Shown here: positions 1-7,061 of the stretch, one piece after another | How the letters are laid out: every line of letters begins with the position of its first letter | Position numbering within the stretch: the first letter of the stretch is position 1 | Virus record (IMG/VR): IMGVR_UViG_3300040801_001309 | Coordinates: 1-51,095 of that record | Direction: 5' to 3' (one strand) | DNA: 51,095 bases | DNA from: a virus | Translations under genes and position numbers: made by a program | The notes under the pieces: generated by a model | Databases searched by the model: none | Told to the model about the DNA's origin: nothing | The model's input: the letters and a program-made list of their open reading frames with translations, nothing else

Positions 1-117
1 ATTGACTATTTAGCTTGTAAATTATTATTAGTTTAAACTTATATTTAGAGTATATTGTATTTCTTGTTTTCAATATAGTTTAGCTAATAGTAAGGTATTT
101 CAAGATACGCAAAAAAA
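1..117. repeat. Left inverted terminal repeat (117 bp)
   Basis: Positions 1-117 are the exact reverse complement of 50979-51095. Identity stops inside an A8 (left) versus T7 (right) homopolymer run. Confidence 0.95.
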
Positions 118-145
118 ATCCCTATCTTGATGTATCTTATAGGGA
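111..145 (-). terminator. Rho-independent terminator (minus sense)
   Basis: Minus-sense hairpin TCCCTAT-13 nt-ATAGGGA followed by T8. It lies at the inner edge of the left ITR. Confidence 0.55.
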
Positions 146-354
146 ATGTTCTGTTTTGGTTCGGCGAGTGTCGTCTCGCACTTTACAGTCGATGTGTGTT
201 TATCATAGGAGACCAATCCTATGAGGTGCTATGACACCGTCACATCTGAGACAATTTAACCCAATTGTCAGGGATTAAAGTGTGTTGATAATCCTCTATT
301 GGATAATAGGATCATAGTCCTATCCAACACACTTAGTTATTAGACCATAAGGCA
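146..354 (-). other. GC-elevated, hairpin-dense non-coding segment next to the left ITR
   Basis: No credible ORF is present. Minus sense shows a 10-bp stem (AAGTGTGTTG/CAACACACTT) enclosing two hairpins. Further hairpins are GACAATT/AATTGTC, CATAGGA/TCCTATG and GCGAG/CTCGC. Confidence 0.4.
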
Positions 355-753
355 TCACCTCCTTTTTGATCTTCTTCCGTGATTATACCACGGAAGGTTA
401 AATTTTTTTGCCAATTTCTGACAAGTCTTGAGAGACCCGCCAGAAATACCATTCCATTCTCCGTCTGGAAGATTATATTTTTCAAACCCTCCTTCTGGAC
501 AATGGAAAGACACTTGTCCATATCCTGGGATGTCGAAATACACGACATCCATACCATTATCATCACTGATACTGACATGAACTTTCTCAGGATATTTTTT
601 CGCTTCGGATATTGCTTGTCTGATATAATCAGGTTTTAAGCAATATCCGCCATCAATGGCCTTTCGACCATTGATGGCCTTTGTTGACTCATATCCTTTG
701 CCAGCATCGCTGGCCGTTTGAGCCAACAAAATGTATTTAGCAAAAGATTTCAT
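355..753 (-). CDS. Hypothetical protein (132 aa), GC-elevated small gene
   Basis: The ORF has a strong RBS (AAAGGAGGACTC-ATG) and is preceded by the duplicated promoter cassette. No motif is recognised. Confidence 0.6.
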   Translation of the reverse strand: MKSFAKYILLAQTASDAGKGYESTKAINGRKAIDGGYCLKPDYIRQAISEAKKYPEKVHVSISDDNGMDVVYFDIPGYGQVSFHCPEGGFEKYNLPDGEWNGISGGSLKTCQKLAKKFNLPWYNHGRRSKRR

Positions 754-758
754 GAGTC

Positions 759-823
759 CTCCTTTCTATATAGAATTTCTATATGTAAACATGAATATTT
801 AAATATATTCCCGCCGCAATAAT
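759..823 (-). promoter_or_regulatory. Promoter/RBS cassette copy 1 (TTATTGCGGCGGG...GTTTACATATAGAAAT...AGGAGG)
   Basis: A 47-nt core is identical to 5456-5503. It contains the TTGCGGCGG box, the GAATAT/ATATTC inverted repeat, GTTTACATATAGAAAT and the SD. Confidence 0.6.
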
Positions 824-835
824 CCACAAACAAAG

Positions 836-865
836 ATATAGTCTAGTCTACAAAGTAATTTGTAG
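836..865 (+). promoter_or_regulatory. Plus-strand (late-type?) motif ATATAGTCTAGTCTAC plus hairpin
   Basis: The motif plus the CTACAAA-GTAA-TTTGTAG hairpin lies just upstream of the first plus-strand gene. A near-identical arrangement occurs at 5578-5607. Confidence 0.4.
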
Positions 866-880
866 TTAATACATCGTGAT

Positions 881-1129
881 ATGTACATGATTGAAGGTAG
901 AGCAGATGCATACTATAAACAATTCATTGATAATTTTATCATTTATCAATCACTTTTTGAAAATTCAGGTTCTATCAATGATATTTTGGAAACGCCATAT
1001 CCATTATATATTGATATTATATTAGCACAAGTAGAAGAAGAAAAGAGAAAGAGAAAACATTTAAAAGAATTAGAAGTTAAGAGAAATGCTGAAAGAAGAC
1101 AACAAAATAGCAAAAAGATCAGACCGTGA
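881..1129 (+). CDS. Hypothetical protein (82 aa)
   Basis: This is an ORF only. It has a K/E/R-rich C-terminus and ends at the bidirectional terminator. Confidence 0.45.
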   Translation: MYMIEGRADAYYKQFIDNFIIYQSLFENSGSINDILETPYPLYIDIILAQVEEEKRKRKHLKELEVKRNAERRQQNSKKIRP

Positions 1130-1146
1130 TTATTAGTCACGGTCTG
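1119..1146. terminator. Bidirectional terminator hairpin
   Basis: CAGACCGTGA-TTATTAG-TCACGGTCTG lies between convergent ORFs 881..1129 (+) and 1154..1384 (-). Confidence 0.6.
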
Positions 1147-1153
1147 TTATGAA

Positions 1154-1384
1154 TCAGCATCCCAAACCACGAGATATTGATCCGTCTTTGTTAAAGTATA
1201 TTAACAATGCGACTTTGGGGCCGCACTCTTCCAATATACTGCGGAGCACTTTTATGTCTCCGCCTGTCTGTGCAAGTATTTCTAATACAGATGTTTTTTT
1301 GTATTCCGCCACAAGTTCGACGATGTTGCGGAATACAACAACCTTGCCTTGCCATCTGATTTTTCTCTGTGGTAATAACTTCAT
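1154..1384 (-). CDS. Hypothetical protein (76 aa), GC-elevated
   Basis: The start is moved to the internal ATG preceded by AAAGGAGACAAATCT. The upstream part of the 94-aa ORF lacks an RBS. Confidence 0.5.
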   Translation of the reverse strand: MKLLPQRKIRWQGKVVVFRNIVELVAEYKKTSVLEILAQTGGDIKVLRSILEECGPKVALLIYFNKDGSISRGLGC

Positions 1385-1445
1385 AGATTTGTCTCCTTTA
1401 ATAATAGTAAAATTTAGACGTACACATCCCGTGTACAACTATAGA

Positions 1446-1469
1446 ATTTCTATATTTCCGCCGCAATAA
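1446..1469 (-). promoter_or_regulatory. TTATTGCGGCGGAAATATAGAAAT promoter-like element
   Basis: The TTGCGGCGG box is fused directly to the ATATAGAAAT box, upstream of 1154..1384. Confidence 0.5.
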
Positions 1470-1479
1470 TACAAACATA

Positions 1480-1989
1480 ATGAAAATAAATTTAAAAAAA
1501 CTACCTAAACATATATACAATCAGTTTCCATACAGTATCAGATCATATAAAGATGAATATGATTTACAAGAATTACCATTTGATCTTCGTGATTTAATAG
1601 AAGAATTCTTAAACAAAGATAAAACATTCTCTACAAGAGACACTATATATGATGCTTTTTCAAATGTAAGCCCGTATGGAGATTTATTACCAATTAAAAC
1701 TAAAACAGAATTATTCATTGAGTATTTAACTAATTATGTTAAGATTGGCCCAAGAGCATATCCGTTTGATGCAACATTCTATTGTGATATTAAAAGACAC
1801 CTTCAAACTAAAGATACTGCTCTTAGACAAAAATTAATTAGTAAAGAAGTGTCAAATATAATTAGAACTGTTTCTTCTGATTTAGATATTAGTGTTGATG
1901 TTATTGAAATAGTAGTACATCAAACTGATTTTAAGATTAGAGTTAAAATAGATGGTAAAGAAAAAGGCATCTCAGTTTCTGTAATGTGA
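1480..1989 (+). CDS. Hypothetical protein (169 aa), structural-module position
   Basis: This is a plus-strand ORF followed by a terminator hairpin. Confidence 0.55.
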   Translation: MKINLKKLPKHIYNQFPYSIRSYKDEYDLQELPFDLRDLIEEFLNKDKTFSTRDTIYDAFSNVSPYGDLLPIKTKTELFIEYLTNYVKIGPRAYPFDATFYCDIKRHLQTKDTALRQKLISKEVSNIIRTVSSDLDISVDVIEIVVHQTDFKIRVKIDGKEKGISVSVM

Positions 1990-2005
1990 AACGCTGTTAA
2001 AAAAG

Positions 2006-2031
2006 TCCCTAAACTCCTGAGAGTTTAGGGA
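2006..2031. terminator. Bidirectional terminator hairpin
   Basis: TCCCTAAACTC-CTGA-GAGTTTAGGGA lies between convergent ORFs. Confidence 0.55.
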
Positions 2032-2039
2032 TGATTATT

Positions 2040-2774
2040 TTATGTTATATAGTAGCTCTTGCCTAAATGTTGCATTGTTGTTTTACCATCTAAATGAATA
2101 AATTTAAAAAGGTTGATATATTTCAATTCAACATCTATTGGTGCATCAATACTTACTTTAATTAATCGACCATTTTGTTTACTTTGAATAAATGGCCACA
2201 TGCGTTTAATATTATTAACCATATGTTTATTACCTACGGAGACACAATTGCCAACAAATTTATCTTTGGCATTTAGTATTGTAACATATAATACTGACAT
2301 GTTACCGTTGGATATGGCTGTTATAAATCCTCTTTCCATAATTACACTAAATATTTTCAAATCAGTAGATTCAAAATTGAAATCAACATCAATAAGTTCT
2401 ATATCTTGAGGATCGTATCCAATAAATAATCTTGGATGAATGACATAAGTGTTTTCTTCATCTATAACATTATAGTGGAAAATACCTTCTCGTACTTTTG
2501 GATGTTGTTTAAAAGCATCTGTATTTTCGTCAACATTTTTAATACAGTCAATTGAAAAGCCACTTTCAGTTTCATTTGCTTCTGGAAATGGAATCATTTC
2601 TATTAATTCTTCAACTCTATGTTGACGACTTTTTAACACTTCAATTGGACCAATGTACTTGCTTAATTCTTTTTTGAATGTTGATACTATTCCAATACTT
2701 TTTTGGAATGTTCGACAAATAATAAAACTATCAAATGTGTCATTAACTAATGTTCTTGTTAGGATTTGTGACAT
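2040..2774 (-). CDS. Hypothetical protein (244 aa)
   Basis: Long ORF with RBS ACGGAGGTTACTCAAA-ATG. Confidence 0.6.
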   Translation of the reverse strand: MSQILTRTLVNDTFDSFIICRTFQKSIGIVSTFKKELSKYIGPIEVLKSRQHRVEELIEMIPFPEANETESGFSIDCIKNVDENTDAFKQHPKVREGIFHYNVIDEENTYVIHPRLFIGYDPQDIELIDVDFNFESTDLKIFSVIMERGFITAISNGNMSVLYVTILNAKDKFVGNCVSVGNKHMVNNIKRMWPFIQSKQNGRLIKVSIDAPIDVELKYINLFKFIHLDGKTTMQHLGKSYYIT

Positions 2775-2831
2775 TTTGAGTAACCTCCGTAGTAAAAAAT
2801 TAAAAGATACTACTATGATTTCTGTATTTTT

Positions 2832-3734
2832 ATGAAAACAATATTACACGAACCCCAACAAATAAGAGAATATTATAGTGAATATTTAAAACGAATGAAT
2901 TTTTATTTCAATACTGCTAAAACTGGAATAACTGTACGATATTTTAATATAGCAATGGATGTATCGACATATGAAGAAGATATCGAATCAACTTTTGATA
3001 TATATAATGTATCAAACATTCAATTTAACTGTTATGAAAATACTCCAGTACAACAAATAAATCCTGTTCAAAATACGACAGCAGATATAGGAGAAATGGA
3101 TGGGCATCGCTTTGATGGTGACACAACTATAGTTGTGTATGCTATTAAACGTCCTAGAATTCATGATGTTGTTAGTTTTTATGAACCGGCAAACATAACA
3201 GAATATTTTAGAGTAGTTGATATATCAACTCCACTTAATGCTGTTCATAGTTCTGATCAAGTTACTTGGTATAGTCTTATGCTTGAATATGCTCCTATAG
3301 AAGATATTAATAGACTTAAGATAAATAAGACATTTATATACGATCAAGCTAAAGAACAATTCATTGAAAAAGATGACTATGTTTCTAAGATTAATACTCT
3401 TAATAAACTTGGTGAATTTGTTCCGTGGATAATGGAGAGATATGATCATCGAAGAGAAGTGTACAAAGTAGCGGAATTAAATGACATTGTTATAAATATT
3501 AAAAGACGTTTTGGATATAACTATAATAGACTTTTTGAAAAACTATTATATCCTTGGGGATGGACACCAGAACAATATTATATAGATATGAATAAATTTG
3601 ATATAACAAAAGAACCTGTTGTTAAATTACTTACAGATATTTATTATAATACATCATATATTAACGATGATGAATTTGATAAATTAGTGGAGCTAATAGA
3701 TATTGAAAAAGAAACACATAAAGACATATTTTGA
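2832..3734 (+). CDS. Hypothetical virion-module protein (300 aa)
   Basis: Long plus-strand ORF with no recognisable motif. Confidence 0.55.
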   Translation: MKTILHEPQQIREYYSEYLKRMNFYFNTAKTGITVRYFNIAMDVSTYEEDIESTFDIYNVSNIQFNCYENTPVQQINPVQNTTADIGEMDGHRFDGDTTIVVYAIKRPRIHDVVSFYEPANITEYFRVVDISTPLNAVHSSDQVTWYSLMLEYAPIEDINRLKINKTFIYDQAKEQFIEKDDYVSKINTLNKLGEFVPWIMERYDHRREVYKVAELNDIVINIKRRFGYNYNRLFEKLLYPWGWTPEQYYIDMNKFDITKEPVVKLLTDIYYNTSYINDDEFDKLVELIDIEKETHKDIF

Positions 3735-4314
3735 AAAATACATTTCAAAATATAGACCGTATATGGATAGTAATTTATATCAAGTTATTGTTAAGTTTAT
3801 AAGCGAGCAATATCTAGAAAATATTTATGATCCATTGCCATATGAATTAAAATCAATGTTTGAAGATAAAGTTATTCCTCCTGAAGTATATGGTCGAATA
3901 CTTGAATCAATTGGATTGCAAAGAGATATAGTATCTAAATTAAATCTTAATGAAAAGATTAGATTTCTTGAAGCTCTTTCTGATTTTCAACGATATAAAG
4001 GATCAATTAGATTTTTCAAACGTATAGCTTCTGCGTTTGATAGATTTAACTTGTATGAACTTTATATTGATCAAGTCGATGATGGGCGTTGGTTATTTAA
4101 ACCAATACCAGTTATCGAACAGATTCCATCTTTAGTTTCAGATATATCATATCCAGAAGTGTACCAAGAAATACCAAGTTTATTAATATCTCTTGATAGG
4201 CTTGTTACTCTTAAAACTGAATCAGATGCGATATTTCCAATTAAGTCAAATATTGTGTTACTTGAGTACGACTTTAGTAGTAAGGCATCTATAAAAAAAT
4301 ATGTAGCCATATAG
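3703..4314 (+). CDS. Hypothetical protein (203 aa; TTG start, alternative ATG at 3763)
   Basis: The ORF overlaps the preceding gene by 32 nt. GTGGAG lies 10 nt upstream of the TTG. Confidence 0.45.
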   Translation: MKKKHIKTYFEKYISKYRPYMDSNLYQVIVKFISEQYLENIYDPLPYELKSMFEDKVIPPEVYGRILESIGLQRDIVSKLNLNEKIRFLEALSDFQRYKGSIRFFKRIASAFDRFNLYELYIDQVDDGRWLFKPIPVIEQIPSLVSDISYPEVYQEIPSLLISLDRLVTLKTESDAIFPIKSNIVLLEYDFSSKASIKKYVAI

Positions 4315-4380
4315 AGCAATCTATATGGGAATAATTTTGTTTGTTCAAGGAACGCCTCCGAAGGCAACCTTGAAGTTGGT

Positions 4381-4875
4381 TTAAAGTTTCTTCAGACGGT
4401 CTAGTACGTCTTCTGATGTGTGCCCGTCAAACTTCTCATTATATGGAATTTCCTGTATCCCGTCTAACAATGGAATAAATGTGCTTGAAACATGATATGA
4501 TATTTGGCCAAATATTGGATCGTTAATACCAACGATAATCCATCCAGGCCATTCTTCACCTTCTTTGTTTTTTCGAGTCCAAAATGCCTTTTCAGGCATT
4601 TGTTTCATCAATGATATGAACAACACGGATCGGTGTTCATACAATTCCTCAAATGTATGATATCCATCCGATACAGCTTTTGCTCTGATGGATTTTCCGC
4701 ACTTAGTGCATTCTATTAAGAAATTGCACCTCATGAACTCTGCATCAATCCCTTTAAGAGATTTAACAGTGAATGTGTGTTGGCACTCCCGTGTTTGCAA
4801 ATAGTTTTTGACTCGTTCTTCGAACACTATCAATAAGCCAAAAATTACAACCGATACGTACAGAAAAAATTCCAT
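4381..4875 (-). CDS. Membrane-anchored hypothetical protein (164 aa)
   Basis: It has an N-terminal hydrophobic helix (FFLYVSVVIFGLLIVF), an RBS AAAAGGAGATAAAAA-ATG, and an ATATAGAAAT box upstream. Confidence 0.6.
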   Translation of the reverse strand: MEFFLYVSVVIFGLLIVFEERVKNYLQTRECQHTFTVKSLKGIDAEFMRCNFLIECTKCGKSIRAKAVSDGYHTFEELYEHRSVLFISLMKQMPEKAFWTRKNKEGEEWPGWIIVGINDPIFGQISYHVSSTFIPLLDGIQEIPYNEKFDGHTSEDVLDRLKKL

Positions 4876-4917
4876 TTTTTATCTCCTTTTGATTAAGTGT
4901 TAGTAAACATCTTCAGA

Positions 4918-4927
4918 ATTTCTATAT
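4918..4927 (-). promoter_or_regulatory. ATATAGAAAT promoter-like box
   Basis: Minus-sense TATATAGAAATTCTG lies about 45 nt upstream of the 4875 start. Confidence 0.45.
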
Positions 4928-4929
4928 AA

Positions 4930-4952
4930 ATGAAAAGGGCTCTTCGCCCTTT
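4930..4952 (-). terminator. Rho-independent terminator (minus sense)
   Basis: GGGCGAAGAGCCC hairpin followed by TTTTCATTT. Confidence 0.5.
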
Positions 4953-5098
4953 CTAGGATATGTTAATTACTCCCTAAGATGTTCAGATATCAATGATTAG
5001 ATATCTGCCACATGGTATTCCCAAAAGTTGCCTAATCAACTTTTGGTTATTTCCATGCGATCCCATCAGGATCGTTGGGAATTGCTCTCACATGAGAG

Positions 5099-5473
5099 CT
5101 ATCGGAGTTTTGGTTTTAGTGTACATCCTTGGCCATATGCCAATGTGTACACTCTCCGATCAGGAGCCACTACATCCCAGAAATGTTTATACACTCCTGG
5201 GAATTCGCTCTCGAATCTGTAAGTCACCTTTACAAATCCGATTTGAGCGATTGGCAGCATATCTACTTGTTGGAGTACAGTTGTTTGCACTCCAGCAGAA
5301 TTATGCCACCCGGCTCCGACCATAATGTGATCTCTGAAGTCCGCAAACCTCAGAGAATACGTCTCATTTCGTTTCATCGGATATGCCATCCGACGAGGCG
5401 ACATGAGACGATTATAATCTTCTTTTATCTTAATCACCTCCTTTCTATATATAAAATTTCTATATGTAAACAT
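5099..5473 (-). CDS. Hypothetical protein, GC-elevated (start uncertain)
   Basis: The ORF lies downstream of cassette copy 2. The SD AAAGGAGGTGAT sits inside the annotated N-terminus, so the true start is probably internal or non-ATG. Confidence 0.45.
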   Translation of the reverse strand: MFTYRNFIYRKEVIKIKEDYNRLMSPRRMAYPMKRNETYSLRFADFRDHIMVGAGWHNSAGVQTTVLQQVDMLPIAQIGFVKVTYRFESEFPGVYKHFWDVVAPDRRVYTLAYGQGCTLKPKLR

Positions 5474-5504
5474 GAATATTTAAATATATTCCCGCCGCAA
5501 TAAA
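5437..5504 (-). promoter_or_regulatory. Promoter/RBS cassette copy 2
   Basis: It has the same 47-nt core as 775-822, plus a conserved CCTCCTTTCTATATA segment. Confidence 0.6.
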
Positions 5505-5577
5505 CCAACTGCAACGACTATAGGTATAACCCTAGTAGCTTTTTGCGAAACAACAAGAGATCTACAAGTAGATCATT

Positions 5578-5607
5578 ACATAGTCTAATCTACTGAGAAA
5601 TCAGTTA
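5578..5607 (+). promoter_or_regulatory. Plus-strand motif ACATAGTCTAATCTAC plus hairpin
   Basis: This is the second copy of ATAGTCTARTCTAC, followed by a hairpin (CTACTGA-GAAA-TCAGTTAG). It lies upstream of the sheath operon. Confidence 0.4.
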
Positions 5608-5622
5608 GTATAATATAATTGA

Positions 5623-6363
5623 ATGTTAAGCCTTACACTAAATAGTTTTTTAAATTATTATGGAAAAGAAAAAATAAAAATAACTTTTCCAAATGCAACA
5701 ATAGAATTATCGTTAAACGAAGCTCATTTCTTATGGTACTATATTTATACAAAAGAAAAAAATGTCACTTGGAATGTAACAGATAATTTAACAAATATCA
5801 TTAGAAAAACAAATGCTGTTAGTTTAGATAAGTTAGATATACTATTAGAAGAGTATAGTAAAATTGATAATATTGAAGATCTGTATCAGTTTTATATTAG
5901 TAATATTAAATCTATAGAAAGTTCATATATATCGAAAGATGAAAATGAGCGTACTATGAGATCTAATATTTCGCCTGATGTTTTAAATATAATTTCTGAA
6001 ATAGATCCTGTCACAGCATTATTCCATATTAAACAATCTTTTAGATCCAATTCAGTTATCACAACAACTCCACATTTTCAAACTTTTATAGATAGTCTTC
6101 CTGCTCTTAAAACTGTAACTGCTAGTGATACTACATCGTATATGTTATTATATAATTTGAAACCATTTCATACAGAATTTTTATTGAAATCTCACGAAGG
6201 TGTTATTGCAAACGATTTACAAACACCAAAAGATAATGCTACATTTGATATTGAAATAACTCAAGCAGATTTTATAGATGAAATATACGATTATCAAACA
6301 TACACGACTGAATATACACGCACAGATATGTTTAATTTTTTAGATGAGGTAATTATTGAGTAA
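5623..6363 (+). CDS. Hypothetical virion-module protein (246 aa)
   Basis: It is the first ORF of the operon that ends with the sheath and tube genes. Confidence 0.55.
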   Translation: MLSLTLNSFLNYYGKEKIKITFPNATIELSLNEAHFLWYYIYTKEKNVTWNVTDNLTNIIRKTNAVSLDKLDILLEEYSKIDNIEDLYQFYISNIKSIESSYISKDENERTMRSNISPDVLNIISEIDPVTALFHIKQSFRSNSVITTTPHFQTFIDSLPALKTVTASDTTSYMLLYNLKPFHTEFLLKSHEGVIANDLQTPKDNATFDIEITQADFIDEIYDYQTYTTEYTRTDMFNFLDEVIIE

Positions 6364-7048
6364 CAACATTACACATTATGATGACTTTATAGTTTGGGAT
6401 AAACTTAAATTCCATAATAAGAAATCTGGGCATTTTACTCATGGATGGGTTAGAGTTTTCATTGATGATGAACTCATTCATGATGGGCCAAATCTTATTG
6501 TTGGTAATGGTAGATCATATGCTAGTCAACTTCTTTTCCCAACAGCAGCAACATCAGATGGGTCTGTAATTAAAAACCTATCATCGTATAAAATTAGTCA
6601 TTTTGCTGTTGGTAGTGGTGGTGTTGATGTTTCTGGTGAATCTATTGTTTATCTTGGACCAGATATATCAGATAATTCATTAGGTGTTCCTATAGGATTG
6701 GGTAACGAAGCCTATTTGGATGAACCTTCTGGATATGTCAATATGAATGAATCCCCCTTAATACATACACATTCAAATGCTATTAAACCTATTAATGAGT
6801 ATGTTAGAGAACCAATGAGATATGGTGGATCAGAATCATATTATACTAAAGTTAAATGTACATGTATTATTCCTCCAGGAGAACCGTCTGCATTACAGCC
6901 TGGAACGTCTGTTAAAATTAATGAGGCGGGATTATATATGACAAATACAGATTTGACAGATATTGTATTATTTGCAAGAATTTGTTTTGATACTAAAAAT
7001 ATTGAGCTTGAAAGTTCGTTTAAAATTTATTGGTATAACCTTTGTTAA
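6356..7048 (+). CDS. Hypothetical tail-associated protein (230 aa, TTG start)
   Basis: The C-terminal pattern INEAGLY...IVLFARICF...IYWYN resembles fibre/baseplate N-domain families. This is a weak, by-eye match. Confidence 0.45.
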   Translation: MSNNITHYDDFIVWDKLKFHNKKSGHFTHGWVRVFIDDELIHDGPNLIVGNGRSYASQLLFPTAATSDGSVIKNLSSYKISHFAVGSGGVDVSGESIVYLGPDISDNSLGVPIGLGNEAYLDEPSGYVNMNESPLIHTHSNAIKPINEYVREPMRYGGSESYYTKVKCTCIIPPGEPSALQPGTSVKINEAGLYMTNTDLTDIVLFARICFDTKNIELESSFKIYWYNLC

Positions 7049-7061
7049 TTAAGGAGAAATT

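Noticed and set aside
810-822. TTATTGCGGCGGGAA as the P element (AAUUGCGGGAAAGG) of additional group I introns.
   Set aside because: No Q, R or S partners or P7/P8 structures lie near the intergenic copies. They are instead fixed next to promoter boxes.
5510-5535. A T7-like promoter (GCAACGACTATAGGTATAAC).
   Set aside because: It is a single, partial match that lacks the conserved -12 to -8 part, and it does not recur. The recurrent motifs are ATATAGAAAT and ATAGTCTARTCTAC.
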